Below are positions 29,604 to 39,050 of a stretch of DNA of 64,000 nucleotides, piece after piece; position 1 is the stretch's first letter; the number at the start of each line of letters is the position of its first letter. Made by a program: the position numbers and the translations under genes. Source of the DNA: an uncultured Holophaga sp. Lineage in GTDB: Bacteria; Acidobacteriota; Holophagae; Holophagales; Holophagaceae. The DNA lies in the NCBI GenBank assembly GCA_963664825.1, contig OY761614.1, positions 1,280,001 through 1,344,000 on the forward strand, in the 5' to 3' direction. Under the pieces are notes generated by a model. That model made no database searches and was not told where the DNA came from. It worked only from the letters and a program-made list of their open reading frames with translations.

Positions 29604-29820
29604 CGCGCGAGTCCTCCAAAATGCACCATGCATGGACCTGATTCTTCGGTCCCTCGGCCTGCATACTTGAGGAAACGGGCGAATTTCGGCCGCAGATGTG
29701 ATCTTTCGCAAAAGGCGGGATCTCCCTACCAAGGCGATAATCCGAGCGCTTCTTTCCATGATTCATCGTGGGTATGCTTCCCCCTCTCGGACGGGCCGCC
29801 GTCCATGCCGCGGAGTCTCC

Positions 29821-31164
29821 ATGGGAAAGCTGCTCACGATCACTGGCACCGCCGCGCTGCTGGCCTCCGCCGGACTCGCGGCCCAGGGGGTCCCGGAGAC
29901 GAATGGCCTCTTCGAGGTAGGCTTCGAGGAGCGGGTACGCAGCGAGGAATACGACGACATCATCGATCATGATGCCGCCAATCCCTCGGATTCGAGGAGC
30001 TTCTACCGCTTCCGCACCCGGGCCTGGATCACCGCCAACCCCACACCAGACTTGGAGATCTCCGCCGGGATCTGCAACGAGAACCGCAAGCTCGTCCGTC
30101 CCGATGCGGCAATCAACGCCCGGGAGATCTTCTTCGATACCCTCTACCTCGACTACCGCTTCTCGAAGGCCTGGTCCGTACGGGTGGGCCGCCAGAACCT
30201 CATGCGTGGGGAGGGGTTCCTGCTCTTCGACGGCAGCTCGGGGGATGGCAGCCGCACCGCCTACTTCAACGCCCTCGATCTCACCTACGCCTGGAGCCGC
30301 TCCACCCTCGAGTTCATGGCCATCTCCGATCCCTCCAAGGACAATTGCCTGCCGAGGATCAACGAGGCGAAGGCCTCCGAGGGCCCCCAGCGCCTCAATG
30401 AATGGGACGAACAGGCCCTTGGCCTCTACTACACCGGCCGGGAATGGACCGGCACGACCCTCGAGGCCTACTACTTCCTCAAGACCGAAACGAACGATTA
30501 TCGCCCGATGACCAACCCACTTTTCCAGCCCGATCGCCGGATCAGCACCCTGGGCAGCCGGGTGAACCAGGAATTCCGAGACGGCTGGAGCGTGAACGGC
30601 GAATTCACCTACCAATGGGGGAACCAGGAAGGCCGCCCGGGCACGACCGAGGGATCCCGGGATATCGCGGCCTGGGGCGGCTATGGCCGGTTCAAGAAGG
30701 CCCTGGACACCCCCTGGACACCCATCCTCTCCGTCGGCTACATCGCCCTCTCGGGCCAGGACCCGAATTCCGGGAGGATCACCGCCTGGGATCCCCTCTT
30801 CAGCCGTTGGCCCCGCTGGAGCGAGCTCTACGTCTATTCGGAGATCCCGGAGAAGGGCGTGGCCTACACCTCCAACACGGGGATGTGGGAGGCGGAGCTG
30901 CGCCTCCGTCCCAGCGTTCCCCTGGAACTGCGCGCCACCTGGTACCGCATGAAGGCCCTGGAAAGCCCGACCCCGGGCGGGACCTTCGGGCAGGGCCGGA
31001 ACCGGGGCGATATTCTCCAGTTCCGCGCCGACTACCGCTTCAGCCCCCAGTTCAAGGGCCACGTCCTGTACGAGCACCTTGCCCCTGGGGACTTCTACGC
31101 GGGCCAGGCCTCGGGCCACTTCCTCCGCTTCGAACTCTCCTACCTGTTCAAGACCCGCTTCTGA
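29821..31164 (+). CDS. Alginate-export (AlgE-like) outer-membrane beta-barrel
   Basis: Signal peptide; RVRSE, RFRTR, RVGRQNL, SGQDP...WDPLF; C-terminal Phe. Confidence 0.75.
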   Translation: MGKLLTITGTAALLASAGLAAQGVPETNGLFEVGFEERVRSEEYDDIIDHDAANPSDSRSFYRFRTRAWITANPTPDLEISAGICNENRKLVRPDAAINAREIFFDTLYLDYRFSKAWSVRVGRQNLMRGEGFLLFDGSSGDGSRTAYFNALDLTYAWSRSTLEFMAISDPSKDNCLPRINEAKASEGPQRLNEWDEQALGLYYTGREWTGTTLEAYYFLKTETNDYRPMTNPLFQPDRRISTLGSRVNQEFRDGWSVNGEFTYQWGNQEGRPGTTEGSRDIAAWGGYGRFKKALDTPWTPILSVGYIALSGQDPNSGRITAWDPLFSRWPRWSELYVYSEIPEKGVAYTSNTGMWEAELRLRPSVPLELRATWYRMKALESPTPGGTFGQGRNRGDILQFRADYRFSPQFKGHVLYEHLAPGDFYAGQASGHFLRFELSYLFKTRF

Positions 31165-31172
31165 CGCTGGCC

Positions 31173-34100
31173 CTACCCCTCCCGCAGGAGGGATAGCAGC
31201 GCCTTGGCGTCCAACCGCGCCGCCGAGGTGCGCGCGTCCAGCAGTTGATCGGCCAGCTGGCGCTTGCTTTGGTGGAGGCCGACGATCTTCTGCTCGATGC
31301 TGCCCTTGATGATGAGGCGGTAGATGGTGACGGGCCGGGTCTGGCCGATGCGATGGGCCCGGTCGGAGGCTTGGTCCTCCACCGCGGGGTTCCACCAGGG
31401 ATCCATGTGGATCACGTAGTCGGCGCCCGTGAGATTGAGGCCCGTGCCCCCGGCCTTGAGGCTGATGAGGAAGAGTTCGCCCTCTCCGCGCTGGAAGGCC
31501 GCCACGGCCTGAGTGCGGGCCTTGGTGGGGGTGGAGCCGTCCAGATACTGATAGGCGAAACCCTGGGCATCCAGGGCCCGGCGGAGGATGGCCAGGTGAT
31601 CCACAAACTGGCTGAAGACCAGGGCGCGATGGTGGTTCTCCCGCAGGTCCTCGGCCAGTTCCATGAAGGCTGTGAGTTTCGAGGATTCGATGCCCAGTTC
31701 CGGCTGGATCAGGCTCGGATTGCAGCAGGCCCGCCGCAGGCGCGTGATGGCGGCCAGCACCTGCATGGTCTGGCCCTCCGCGGGCCTCGCGGCATCCAGG
31801 GCCTCCAGACTCTTCTGGCGCAGGGCCTCCAGGAAGGCGGCTTCCTCTGCGCTGGGCTCGAGCTCCAGGGTGATTTCGGTGCGTGTGGGCAGTTCTTCCA
31901 GCACCTGGGCCTTGGTGCGGCGCAGCAGGAAGGGAGCCGTGAGGCGCCTCAGGCGGTGGAGGGCCTCCGGGTCCTTGTCCCTCTCAATGGGCGTCTGGTA
32001 GCGGCGCTGGAAGGAATCCAGGCTGCCCAGCAGGCCAGGATTGATGAAGCGGAACAGGTTCCAGAGTTCACCCAGGTGATTCTCCAGGGGAGTCCCGCTG
32101 AGGATGAGGCGGAAGCCCGCCTGCAGTTCCATGGCAGCCTGGCTGCGCTTGGTGAAGGCGTTCTTGATGGCCTGGGCCTCATCCAGGATCACCGTGGACC
32201 ATTCCACGGCCTTCAGGCGCTCGGATTCCGTGTGCAGGAGACCGTAACTGCAGAGCATCACATCCATGGACTCCAGGGAATTCAGAGTCTGTTCCCGGTC
32301 CCCCTCGGCGAAGGGCCGCACTCGCAGGCTCGGAGCGAACTTCAGGATCTCCGAGGCCCAATTGGCGCAGACACTCGTCGGAGCCACCACCAAGGCGGGA
32401 CCGCCCCGGCCACGTTGCAGGAGCAGCGCCAAGGCCTGGATCGTCTTGCCCAGGCCCATGTCATCGGCCAGACAGGCGCCGAAGCCCGCTTCGGCCAGGC
32501 GCGCCATCCACTGGAAACCCTCCTCCTGGTAGGGCCGCAGCTCGGCCTCGAAGGCGCCGGGGACTTTCGGTACCAGGGACATGGCCGCGCGGATGCGCCC
32601 CTGGTGGGCCTTCCAGCCCTTGTCCGACTGGAATTCCCCCCAGCCTTCTCCGAATTCGTTCATGGCCAGGGCCGCGATGGTGTGCAGCCGCAGTTCCTGG
32701 CCACGGAACTCGCCAAAGCTGCGCAGATCCGAGAGTCGGCGGCGGAAGGTCTGGGTAAGGGAGAGGAAGCGCCCTTCCCCCAGGGGCAGGAAGCGGCCGG
32801 GGTTCTGGTCCATCAGATCCAGCAGCGTCTTCATATCGAGCACGCGATCCCCATCGATCTGGATCTCCCCGCCGATGCCGAACCAGTCCTTCCCGCTGGC
32901 CACCTTGAGGCGCATGGCGTCCATACCCAGGCTGCGGGGAGTCTGGAAACGCTGACCCTCGGGCCACTCCAGGGCAAGATCAGGGATTTTCTCGGCCTCC
33001 ATCAGGAGCTGGAGACAGCTCTCGGGATCCTCCAGGATCCACTCCCTATCGGGGTTGGAATCCAGGGTGGGCAGCTCGCTCAAGCGCTGTTCCGCATTCC
33101 GGAGTTCCCCGGGCAGATCCCGCTGCACCAGCATGCGGACGCCCCCATGTTCCAGCACCAGGCTGGCCCCCCCGCTGCCGGGCAGGTAGGCCGGGCCCTC
33201 CGGGAGGGGGCGCACCCGCATCCGCACCTGGAGCCCCTGCTGGTAGGGCAGGAGCAGCATTCGGGGCAGCACTTCGCCCACCACCGTCTCCAGGCCCGCC
33301 ATGAGGGGTGCCTGGTCCCCCAGCCCCACATTGGAATGGATCTCCGCCAGGGGCGCAATGGCGCCAAGGGTCTGCAGCACGCGGGCCTTGGCCTCCAGGG
33401 GCACGACGAGGCGTTCCCCCAGGATGGCGTCCAAGCGCCGGTGTTCCTCGGTGAAGGAATAGACGAGGCGCCTATTGGGGCCATCGGAGAGCACCAGCAC
33501 TCCGGACGTATTGGGGCGGGGGCTGAGGCAGAGCAGGAGCCGGGCCCCCTCCACATCCAGATGGAGTTCGGGGCGGCCCGCGGCCAGTTCCATGGGCTGG
33601 GGATCGCCTCCCTCCTCCGCCCAGAGGACATGCGGATGCCCTAGCAGGGCCTGAAGGGCCTGGGCATCGTCGAGCTCGAAGCGGAGCCCCTGCCAGTCCT
33701 GGCTCACCTGGACGGCCCCGAGCACCCGGTGATCCTGGGCGCTGAGGTATTCGTACTGGGCCGTCTCCTCCCGGAGTCGGCGGAGGCTCACCAGCCGCCC
33801 CTTGCCCCAGGCGCCCTTGGGACCTCGGCGCTGTTCCAGGGGATGGATCTCGAAGTGGGTGGCACTTGGGGCTAGGGGCTTCACGGACCAGGCCAGGCGC
33901 ACAGACCGGGCCGCGGCGGCGGAAGACGCGGGTCCGGCCACCTTCCCGAACTCCTGGAGGGCCTCCAGGGCGCGCTCCCAGGGCTCCACCCGGGGCACGA
34001 GATCCAGCAGGACATGGGCCTTGGCCACCCCGCCTCGATCCCGGGACTGGAGTTCCAGGGCGGCCCCCCGGAACCAGCCCAGGCACAGCTCCTTGGACTC

Positions 34101-35255
34101 CTCCAGGAAGCGCTCCAGGTAGGACAGCGGCACCTCTTCCCCCTCCAGGTGGGTGCAGAAGAGGGCGGCGATGAGCCCCATCTGGCGGGGTTCCCGGTGG
34201 TAGTCCCGCTGCAAGGGGGGCAGCTTGGCCCCGCTGAGGACCATGTGCAAACGCCTCAGACTCGCACCCTGCTTGGCCACGGGATCCAGGGTGGGACCCC
34301 GCTCCACCACTTCGATGCGCTCCAGGGCCGAGCGCAGGGCCAGGGGATCCCTCTGACCGAGGAGGGACAGGATGTGGAAGAAATCCATGGGCGCAGGCAG
34401 GGGCTGGATGCGCTTGCGGGTGATTTTCTTGAGCCGGGTGAGGGCCTCCTGGAAGCGGGCCGCCGCGCCCTCGGGCTTGCCCTGCATGAAGCGGAGGATG
34501 CCCTCCAGCCCCGCGAAGAGGGGGTGTTCCCGGTGATGGTTCTCCTGCGCCTTCAGCCAGGCCTGGGCCTCCTTGAGGCGGCCCTCCATGAGCAGGTAGA
34601 GGCAGATGGCCATGAAGAGGGACGTGGAACGCGGTTGCCGGGCCTGCCGGTCCAGCCAGGCGCAGAAAGCCGGATTGGGGTGGAAGAGCAGCACCTGATC
34701 CTTGACCAGACTCCAGGCTGCGGATTTCCGGAGCTCGCCCTCGAGACCCTCGAACCATTCCGCATCGAAGGGCTCCCCGCAGAGGAGGCAAAGGGGATCC
34801 CGGAATTCCAGGTTCTCGCTGTAGAGCTCCTGGATGCGCTGATGCAGGGGCCACAGTTGATCCCGGCGACCCTCCAGGAGCGCCAGCCGCAATTCGCTAA
34901 GCATGCGGGTGAAGGCCCCCTCGGTGACGTAGGGGGCCTGGCTGATGGCCATCAATTTCCGCAGCAGCCCTTCCCGGTGGGCCTGACGGGCGGCGAGTTC
35001 ACGGGCGGCGGGCGTGCATTCCCAGACGCCGGAGCGGGGCTCATCGACCCATCCCTCCTGGCGCAGGGCCTGGAGGTGGGGGCTCATGCCCTGGGGCTTC
35101 TGGGTCCAGTGCAGGGCCTCGGGCCAGAGCCCCGTGCGCACCAAGGCTTCCGCCAGATGAACCCGCGCCGTGGGGCGTCCGATGGAACCTAGACCGATGA
35201 GCAGGGCCTGCTGCACACGCGGCAGGGTGGAAAACACTTCGTGGGAAAACACCAT
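31173..35255 (-). CDS. SNF2-family (Swi2/Snf2) helicase-like ATPase with long N-terminal region
   Basis: LRPYQEEG, LADDMGLGKT, LDEAQAIKN, SGTPLENHLGELW, LVFSQF, SLKAGGTGLNL, WNPAVEDQASDRAHRIGQ. Confidence 0.95.
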   Translation of the reverse strand: MVFSHEVFSTLPRVQQALLIGLGSIGRPTARVHLAEALVRTGLWPEALHWTQKPQGMSPHLQALRQEGWVDEPRSGVWECTPAARELAARQAHREGLLRKLMAISQAPYVTEGAFTRMLSELRLALLEGRRDQLWPLHQRIQELYSENLEFRDPLCLLCGEPFDAEWFEGLEGELRKSAAWSLVKDQVLLFHPNPAFCAWLDRQARQPRSTSLFMAICLYLLMEGRLKEAQAWLKAQENHHREHPLFAGLEGILRFMQGKPEGAAARFQEALTRLKKITRKRIQPLPAPMDFFHILSLLGQRDPLALRSALERIEVVERGPTLDPVAKQGASLRRLHMVLSGAKLPPLQRDYHREPRQMGLIAALFCTHLEGEEVPLSYLERFLEESKELCLGWFRGAALELQSRDRGGVAKAHVLLDLVPRVEPWERALEALQEFGKVAGPASSAAAARSVRLAWSVKPLAPSATHFEIHPLEQRRGPKGAWGKGRLVSLRRLREETAQYEYLSAQDHRVLGAVQVSQDWQGLRFELDDAQALQALLGHPHVLWAEEGGDPQPMELAAGRPELHLDVEGARLLLCLSPRPNTSGVLVLSDGPNRRLVYSFTEEHRRLDAILGERLVVPLEAKARVLQTLGAIAPLAEIHSNVGLGDQAPLMAGLETVVGEVLPRMLLLPYQQGLQVRMRVRPLPEGPAYLPGSGGASLVLEHGGVRMLVQRDLPGELRNAEQRLSELPTLDSNPDREWILEDPESCLQLLMEAEKIPDLALEWPEGQRFQTPRSLGMDAMRLKVASGKDWFGIGGEIQIDGDRVLDMKTLLDLMDQNPGRFLPLGEGRFLSLTQTFRRRLSDLRSFGEFRGQELRLHTIAALAMNEFGEGWGEFQSDKGWKAHQGRIRAAMSLVPKVPGAFEAELRPYQEEGFQWMARLAEAGFGACLADDMGLGKTIQALALLLQRGRGGPALVVAPTSVCANWASEILKFAPSLRVRPFAEGDREQTLNSLESMDVMLCSYGLLHTESERLKAVEWSTVILDEAQAIKNAFTKRSQAAMELQAGFRLILSGTPLENHLGELWNLFRFINPGLLGSLDSFQRRYQTPIERDKDPEALHRLRRLTAPFLLRRTKAQVLEELPTRTEITLELEPSAEEAAFLEALRQKSLEALDAARPAEGQTMQVLAAITRLRRACCNPSLIQPELGIESSKLTAFMELAEDLRENHHRALVFSQFVDHLAILRRALDAQGFAYQYLDGSTPTKARTQAVAAFQRGEGELFLISLKAGGTGLNLTGADYVIHMDPWWNPAVEDQASDRAHRIGQTRPVTIYRLIIKGSIEQKIVGLHQSKRQLADQLLDARTSAARLDAKALLSLLREG

Positions 35256-35329
35256 GCCTTCAGTCTACAGGCTCTCGCCTGGCCTCTCGATGAGGGAGGT
35301 GATGGGGGCGCTAGACTGGGAGCAGGAGA

Positions 35330-36112
35330 ATGACCATGCTCACCATTGCCGACAAGACCTTCGCGAACCGCCTCGTTCTGGGCACGGGCAAGTACAAGGA
35401 CTTCGCCACCATGAAGGCCTGCTACGAAGCCGCCCGCTCCGAGATGGTGACCCTGGCCGTGCGGCGCTTCGATCTCAAGGCCCAGGGCGGGGACAATATC
35501 CTCAATTGGATCCCCAAGTCCGTCCACCTCCTGCCCAATACCGCCGGATGCTTCACACTGGAGGACACGCTGCGGGTGGCGCGGCTGGCCCGGGAGGCCC
35601 TGGATAACCCCTGGATCAAGGTGGAGGTGCTGGGGGACACCAAGAGCCTCTACCCCGATGGGGAAGAGACCCTCAAGGCCTGCAAGGAGCTGGTGAAGGA
35701 CGGCTTCATCGTCCTGCCCTACCTCAACGCCGATCCCATCCTGGCCAAGAAGCTCTGCGATGTGGGCGTCCACGCCATCATGCCCCTGGGGAGCGCCATC
35801 GGTTCGGGCCTGGGTGTGCAGAACCCCTACGTGCTGCTGCTCATCAAGGAGATCTGCGAGAGCTATCACCTGCCGATGATCGTCGATGCCGGCGTGGGCA
35901 CGGCTTCCGACGCCGCCCTAGCCATGGAGCTGGGGGCCGACGCCATCCTCCTCAACACGGCCGTAGCCGAGGCGGGCGAACCCACCAAGATGGCCGAAGC
36001 CATGGATCTGGCCGTGCGGGCCGGGCGCCTGGCCTATGAATCAGGCCGCATGGCGCGGAGGCTCTACGCCAGCGCCTCCAGCCCCATGACGGGGATCGTG
36101 GGAAGGAACTGA
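35330..36112 (+). CDS. thiG: Thiazole synthase
   Basis: RLVLGTGKY, LPNTAGC, WIKVEV, MPLGSAIGSGLG, VDAGVGTASDAALAMELG, ASSP. Confidence 0.96.
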   Translation: MTMLTIADKTFANRLVLGTGKYKDFATMKACYEAARSEMVTLAVRRFDLKAQGGDNILNWIPKSVHLLPNTAGCFTLEDTLRVARLAREALDNPWIKVEVLGDTKSLYPDGEETLKACKELVKDGFIVLPYLNADPILAKKLCDVGVHAIMPLGSAIGSGLGVQNPYVLLLIKEICESYHLPMIVDAGVGTASDAALAMELGADAILLNTAVAEAGEPTKMAEAMDLAVRAGRLAYESGRMARRLYASASSPMTGIVGRN

Positions 36113-36283
36113 GTGGGCGGAAGGCCTGGGCGCCTCGCTCTGGGCAAGGACCTGACGCGGCTGAAGGCCAGGCGCTGGGCGGTGGTGCTGTTCCAGAGCC
36201 GATCCCCGGTTCCGAGTTTGCAAGGCCTTTGATCCCCCCAACGGGCACGTGCATCGGGGGGCAAGCCGTGTTTGAATCCATTC

Positions 36284-38296
36284 ATGCACGCCTCCCGCAT
36301 CCTGATCGATCTGGCCCTGGTGCTGGGCGTGGCCGGGCTTACGAGCCTGCTCTTCCACCGCCTGAAGCTGCCCGTGGTGCTCGGCTACCTGCTGGCGGGG
36401 CTGGTGGTGGGCCCCCACGTGCCCATTCCCATCGCCGTGGACGAAGGCACCGTGCAGACCCTGGCGGACCTGGGTGTGACGCTCCTGATGTTCAGCATCG
36501 GCCTGGAGTTCAGCCTCCAGCGCCTCTTCAGGGCCGGGCCCACGGCCCTGCTCATGGGTTCGGTGCAGGTGGGTTTCGCCATGCTGCTGGGCGGCATGGC
36601 GGCAAACGCGCTGGGGTGGAGCCCCGCCGAATCGCTCTTCACCGGTGCGGCCCTCGCCATCAGCAGCACCATGGTGGTGGCGAAACTCTTCGAGGAGCAC
36701 CGCCCGACCCGAGCAGTCAAGGAGGTGGTCTTCTCCGTGCTGGTCATGCAGGATCTCTATGCGATCCTCCTGCTGACGGCCCTGGGCACCTATGCCCGCG
36801 TGGGCGGGCTCCGTCCCTCGGACCTCGGCGGGACGCTCCTGCGCCTCACCATCTTCCTGGGCGTAGTGCTCCTGGCTGGACGCCTCGTAGTGCCCCGGTT
36901 CCTGCGCTGGGTGGCCGACCACACCCGGTCGGAGAGTCTGCTGGTCACCAGCACCGGGCTCTGCTTCCTCCTGGCCGCGCTCGCCGCCAAGGCTGGCTTC
37001 TCCGTCGCCCTGGGCGCCTTCCTGGCAGGCATGCTGGCTTCCGAGAGCGGCCGGATCCGGGCCATCGAACGCCAGGTCGCGCCCCTGCGGGATCTCTTCA
37101 CGGCGGTCTTCTTTGTGGCCGTGGGCATGATACTGGACCCCGCCGCCATTCCCTCCCGGCTCCTGCCCATCCTGCTGTTCTCCGCCCTGGTGATCCTCGG
37201 GAACGCGCTTTCGCTCGGCTCCAGCGGCCTGCTGGCGGGTCTCCCCCTGCGCACCAGCCTGCGCACGGGCCTGGCCCTGGGACAGATCGGGGAATTCGGC
37301 TACATCATCCTCGGCGTAGGCATCGCCGCCGGCGTGGTGCGGAAGGAGCTCTACTCGGTCATCGTGGCGGTGGGCATCCTCACGGCCTTCGCCTCGCCCT
37401 TCCTGCTGAAGCTCTCCGCGCCCCTCTTGGATGCTGTGGAATCGCGGCTCCCGGAGCGCTTCCGGACCAGCCTGGCCCTCTACCAGGCCTGGGCCGAATC
37501 CCTCCGGCACCACGGCATCCGCCGGGGCGAGGGTCGGGGCCTGCGCCGTCCCCTCGCCTTCCTGCTCCTGGACGCCCTGATCCTGGCGGCCCTGGTGCCG
37601 CTCTTCGGAAACCTCCTGGCCCGCTGGACCCCCTGGGTCGAGGGGCGCCTCCACTGGGGCCACATGCTGGCGCAGATCCTGGGGGCGTCCCTGCTGGGTG
37701 CGCTGGCCGCGCTGCTGGTCCTGGGAATCCTGCGCCAGGGGAGGATCCTGGCCCTGGATCTGGCCGTGCTCGCCCCGGGCCCTGCGGACGGGACCTTCAG
37801 CCGCCGGGGCCGCCATCTCCTCGCGGGGGGGCTGCGCGTGGCGGTCCTGCTCATGGTGGGCCTGCCCCTCGTGGCCGGGCTCCATCCCTTTTCACCTCAT
37901 GGTCCTCTCCTGGTGGTGGCGCTGGCGGTCTTTGTGTTCACCGTGGTTTTCCAGCTCCGCCGGGGCCGACGCTTCGCCCGGGAGCTGCCCGGCCCCATGG
38001 AGTGGCTGGCATCGAGGGTGCGCGATCCCTGGTCGGCCGAAGGGGAGGCGCAAGTCATGCCCCCTGGCACACTGCGCTCCCTGCGCCTGGGTGCCCGCTG
38101 CCCCCGCCTGGGTCGAAGGCTTTCGGAACTGGACCTGCCCGGCCGCGCGGGTGTCACCGTGGTGGCCCTCCTGCGGGAAGGCTCTGGCACCGTGCCCCTC
38201 CATCCCTCGCCTGAACTGCGGGAGGGCGATCTCCTGGCCCTGGCGGGGCCTGAATCCGCCCTGGACGAAGCCGAGGCCCTGCTGGGCGAGGAATAG
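36284..38296 (+). CDS. CPA2-family cation:proton antiporter with C-terminal TrkA-C domain
   Basis: LGYLLAGLVVGP, LLMFSIGLEFS, ISSTMVV, MQDL, LGAFLAG, FFVAVGM, GQIGEF; C-terminal GRRLSELDL...GVTVVAL...LREGDLL. Confidence 0.92.
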   Translation: MHASRILIDLALVLGVAGLTSLLFHRLKLPVVLGYLLAGLVVGPHVPIPIAVDEGTVQTLADLGVTLLMFSIGLEFSLQRLFRAGPTALLMGSVQVGFAMLLGGMAANALGWSPAESLFTGAALAISSTMVVAKLFEEHRPTRAVKEVVFSVLVMQDLYAILLLTALGTYARVGGLRPSDLGGTLLRLTIFLGVVLLAGRLVVPRFLRWVADHTRSESLLVTSTGLCFLLAALAAKAGFSVALGAFLAGMLASESGRIRAIERQVAPLRDLFTAVFFVAVGMILDPAAIPSRLLPILLFSALVILGNALSLGSSGLLAGLPLRTSLRTGLALGQIGEFGYIILGVGIAAGVVRKELYSVIVAVGILTAFASPFLLKLSAPLLDAVESRLPERFRTSLALYQAWAESLRHHGIRRGEGRGLRRPLAFLLLDALILAALVPLFGNLLARWTPWVEGRLHWGHMLAQILGASLLGALAALLVLGILRQGRILALDLAVLAPGPADGTFSRRGRHLLAGGLRVAVLLMVGLPLVAGLHPFSPHGPLLVVALAVFVFTVVFQLRRGRRFARELPGPMEWLASRVRDPWSAEGEAQVMPPGTLRSLRLGARCPRLGRRLSELDLPGRAGVTVVALLREGSGTVPLHPSPELREGDLLALAGPESALDEAEALLGEE

Positions 38297-38345
38297 ACCG
38301 AGGCCCTTCGGCCAAACGTGAACGACCCCAAAGTCCGATCTGGGT

Positions 38346-39044
38346 TCAGCGAAGGATCTGATTCAGCACGGGCACCAGGAGCTGGGTGCCCGCCAGGGCG
38401 TAGAGCCCCGCCACCACGTCATCGGCCATGATGCCCTGGCCCTCGGGCAATACCTGAATCTGATAGATGGGCCAGGGCTTCCAGATATCGAAGAGGCGGA
38501 AGAGCAGGAAGGGGGTTAAGACCATGGGCAGCATCCTCCAGCTCCCTGGTCCGAGGAGGCGCGGGAGGTCCAGAGCCAGCTCCCAGCGCAGGGGCCACAT
38601 GGCGATCCAAAGGCCCACCCATTCGTCCACCACGATGTAGCCCGGATCCCGAAGCCCCGTCTCCCGCACCACCCGATCCGAGGCCTTCACGCCGATCCAG
38701 GTCATCAGAAGGGGCATGAGGAGGAACAGGACTTCCAGGCCCCAGTATCCCAGGCCCAAGCCCGGCCCTCCCCGGGAAGACAGGGGCAGGCCCGAAAAGG
38801 GCGTGGTGATCTGGAGGGCGCCGTAACCCAGGAAGAGCCGCGACCCGCCGGAATGGCGCAGGGCCCAGGAGCCAAAGGGAGTGACCACCAGCCCCGTGAA
38901 GAGCAGCCAGGCCAATAGCGCCGCGAGGCTACCCCAGGTGCCTGGGGTCGGTTTCAGTCGGCCCGAGCCCAATCCCGTGGCGATCCACCAGGCCCAGCGC
39001 GGCGCGCGGGCAACATGCGATTGGGGGGAAGGGGCACTGTCCAT
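38346..39044 (-). CDS. pgpA: Phosphatidylglycerophosphatase A
   Basis: ATGLGSG...PGTWGS, DPGYIVVDEWVG, FRLFDIWKPWPI, GIMADDVVAG. Confidence 0.93.
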   Translation of the reverse strand: MDSAPSPQSHVARAPRWAWWIATGLGSGRLKPTPGTWGSLAALLAWLLFTGLVVTPFGSWALRHSGGSRLFLGYGALQITTPFSGLPLSSRGGPGLGLGYWGLEVLFLLMPLLMTWIGVKASDRVVRETGLRDPGYIVVDEWVGLWIAMWPLRWELALDLPRLLGPGSWRMLPMVLTPFLLFRLFDIWKPWPIYQIQVLPEGQGIMADDVVAGLYALAGTQLLVPVLNQILR

Positions 39045-39050
39045 GGGCCA

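Noticed and set aside
29697..29712. TGTGATCTTTCGCAAA as a Crp/Fnr site between the MCP and AlgE-like genes
   Set aside because: Only one good half-site; too weak to call
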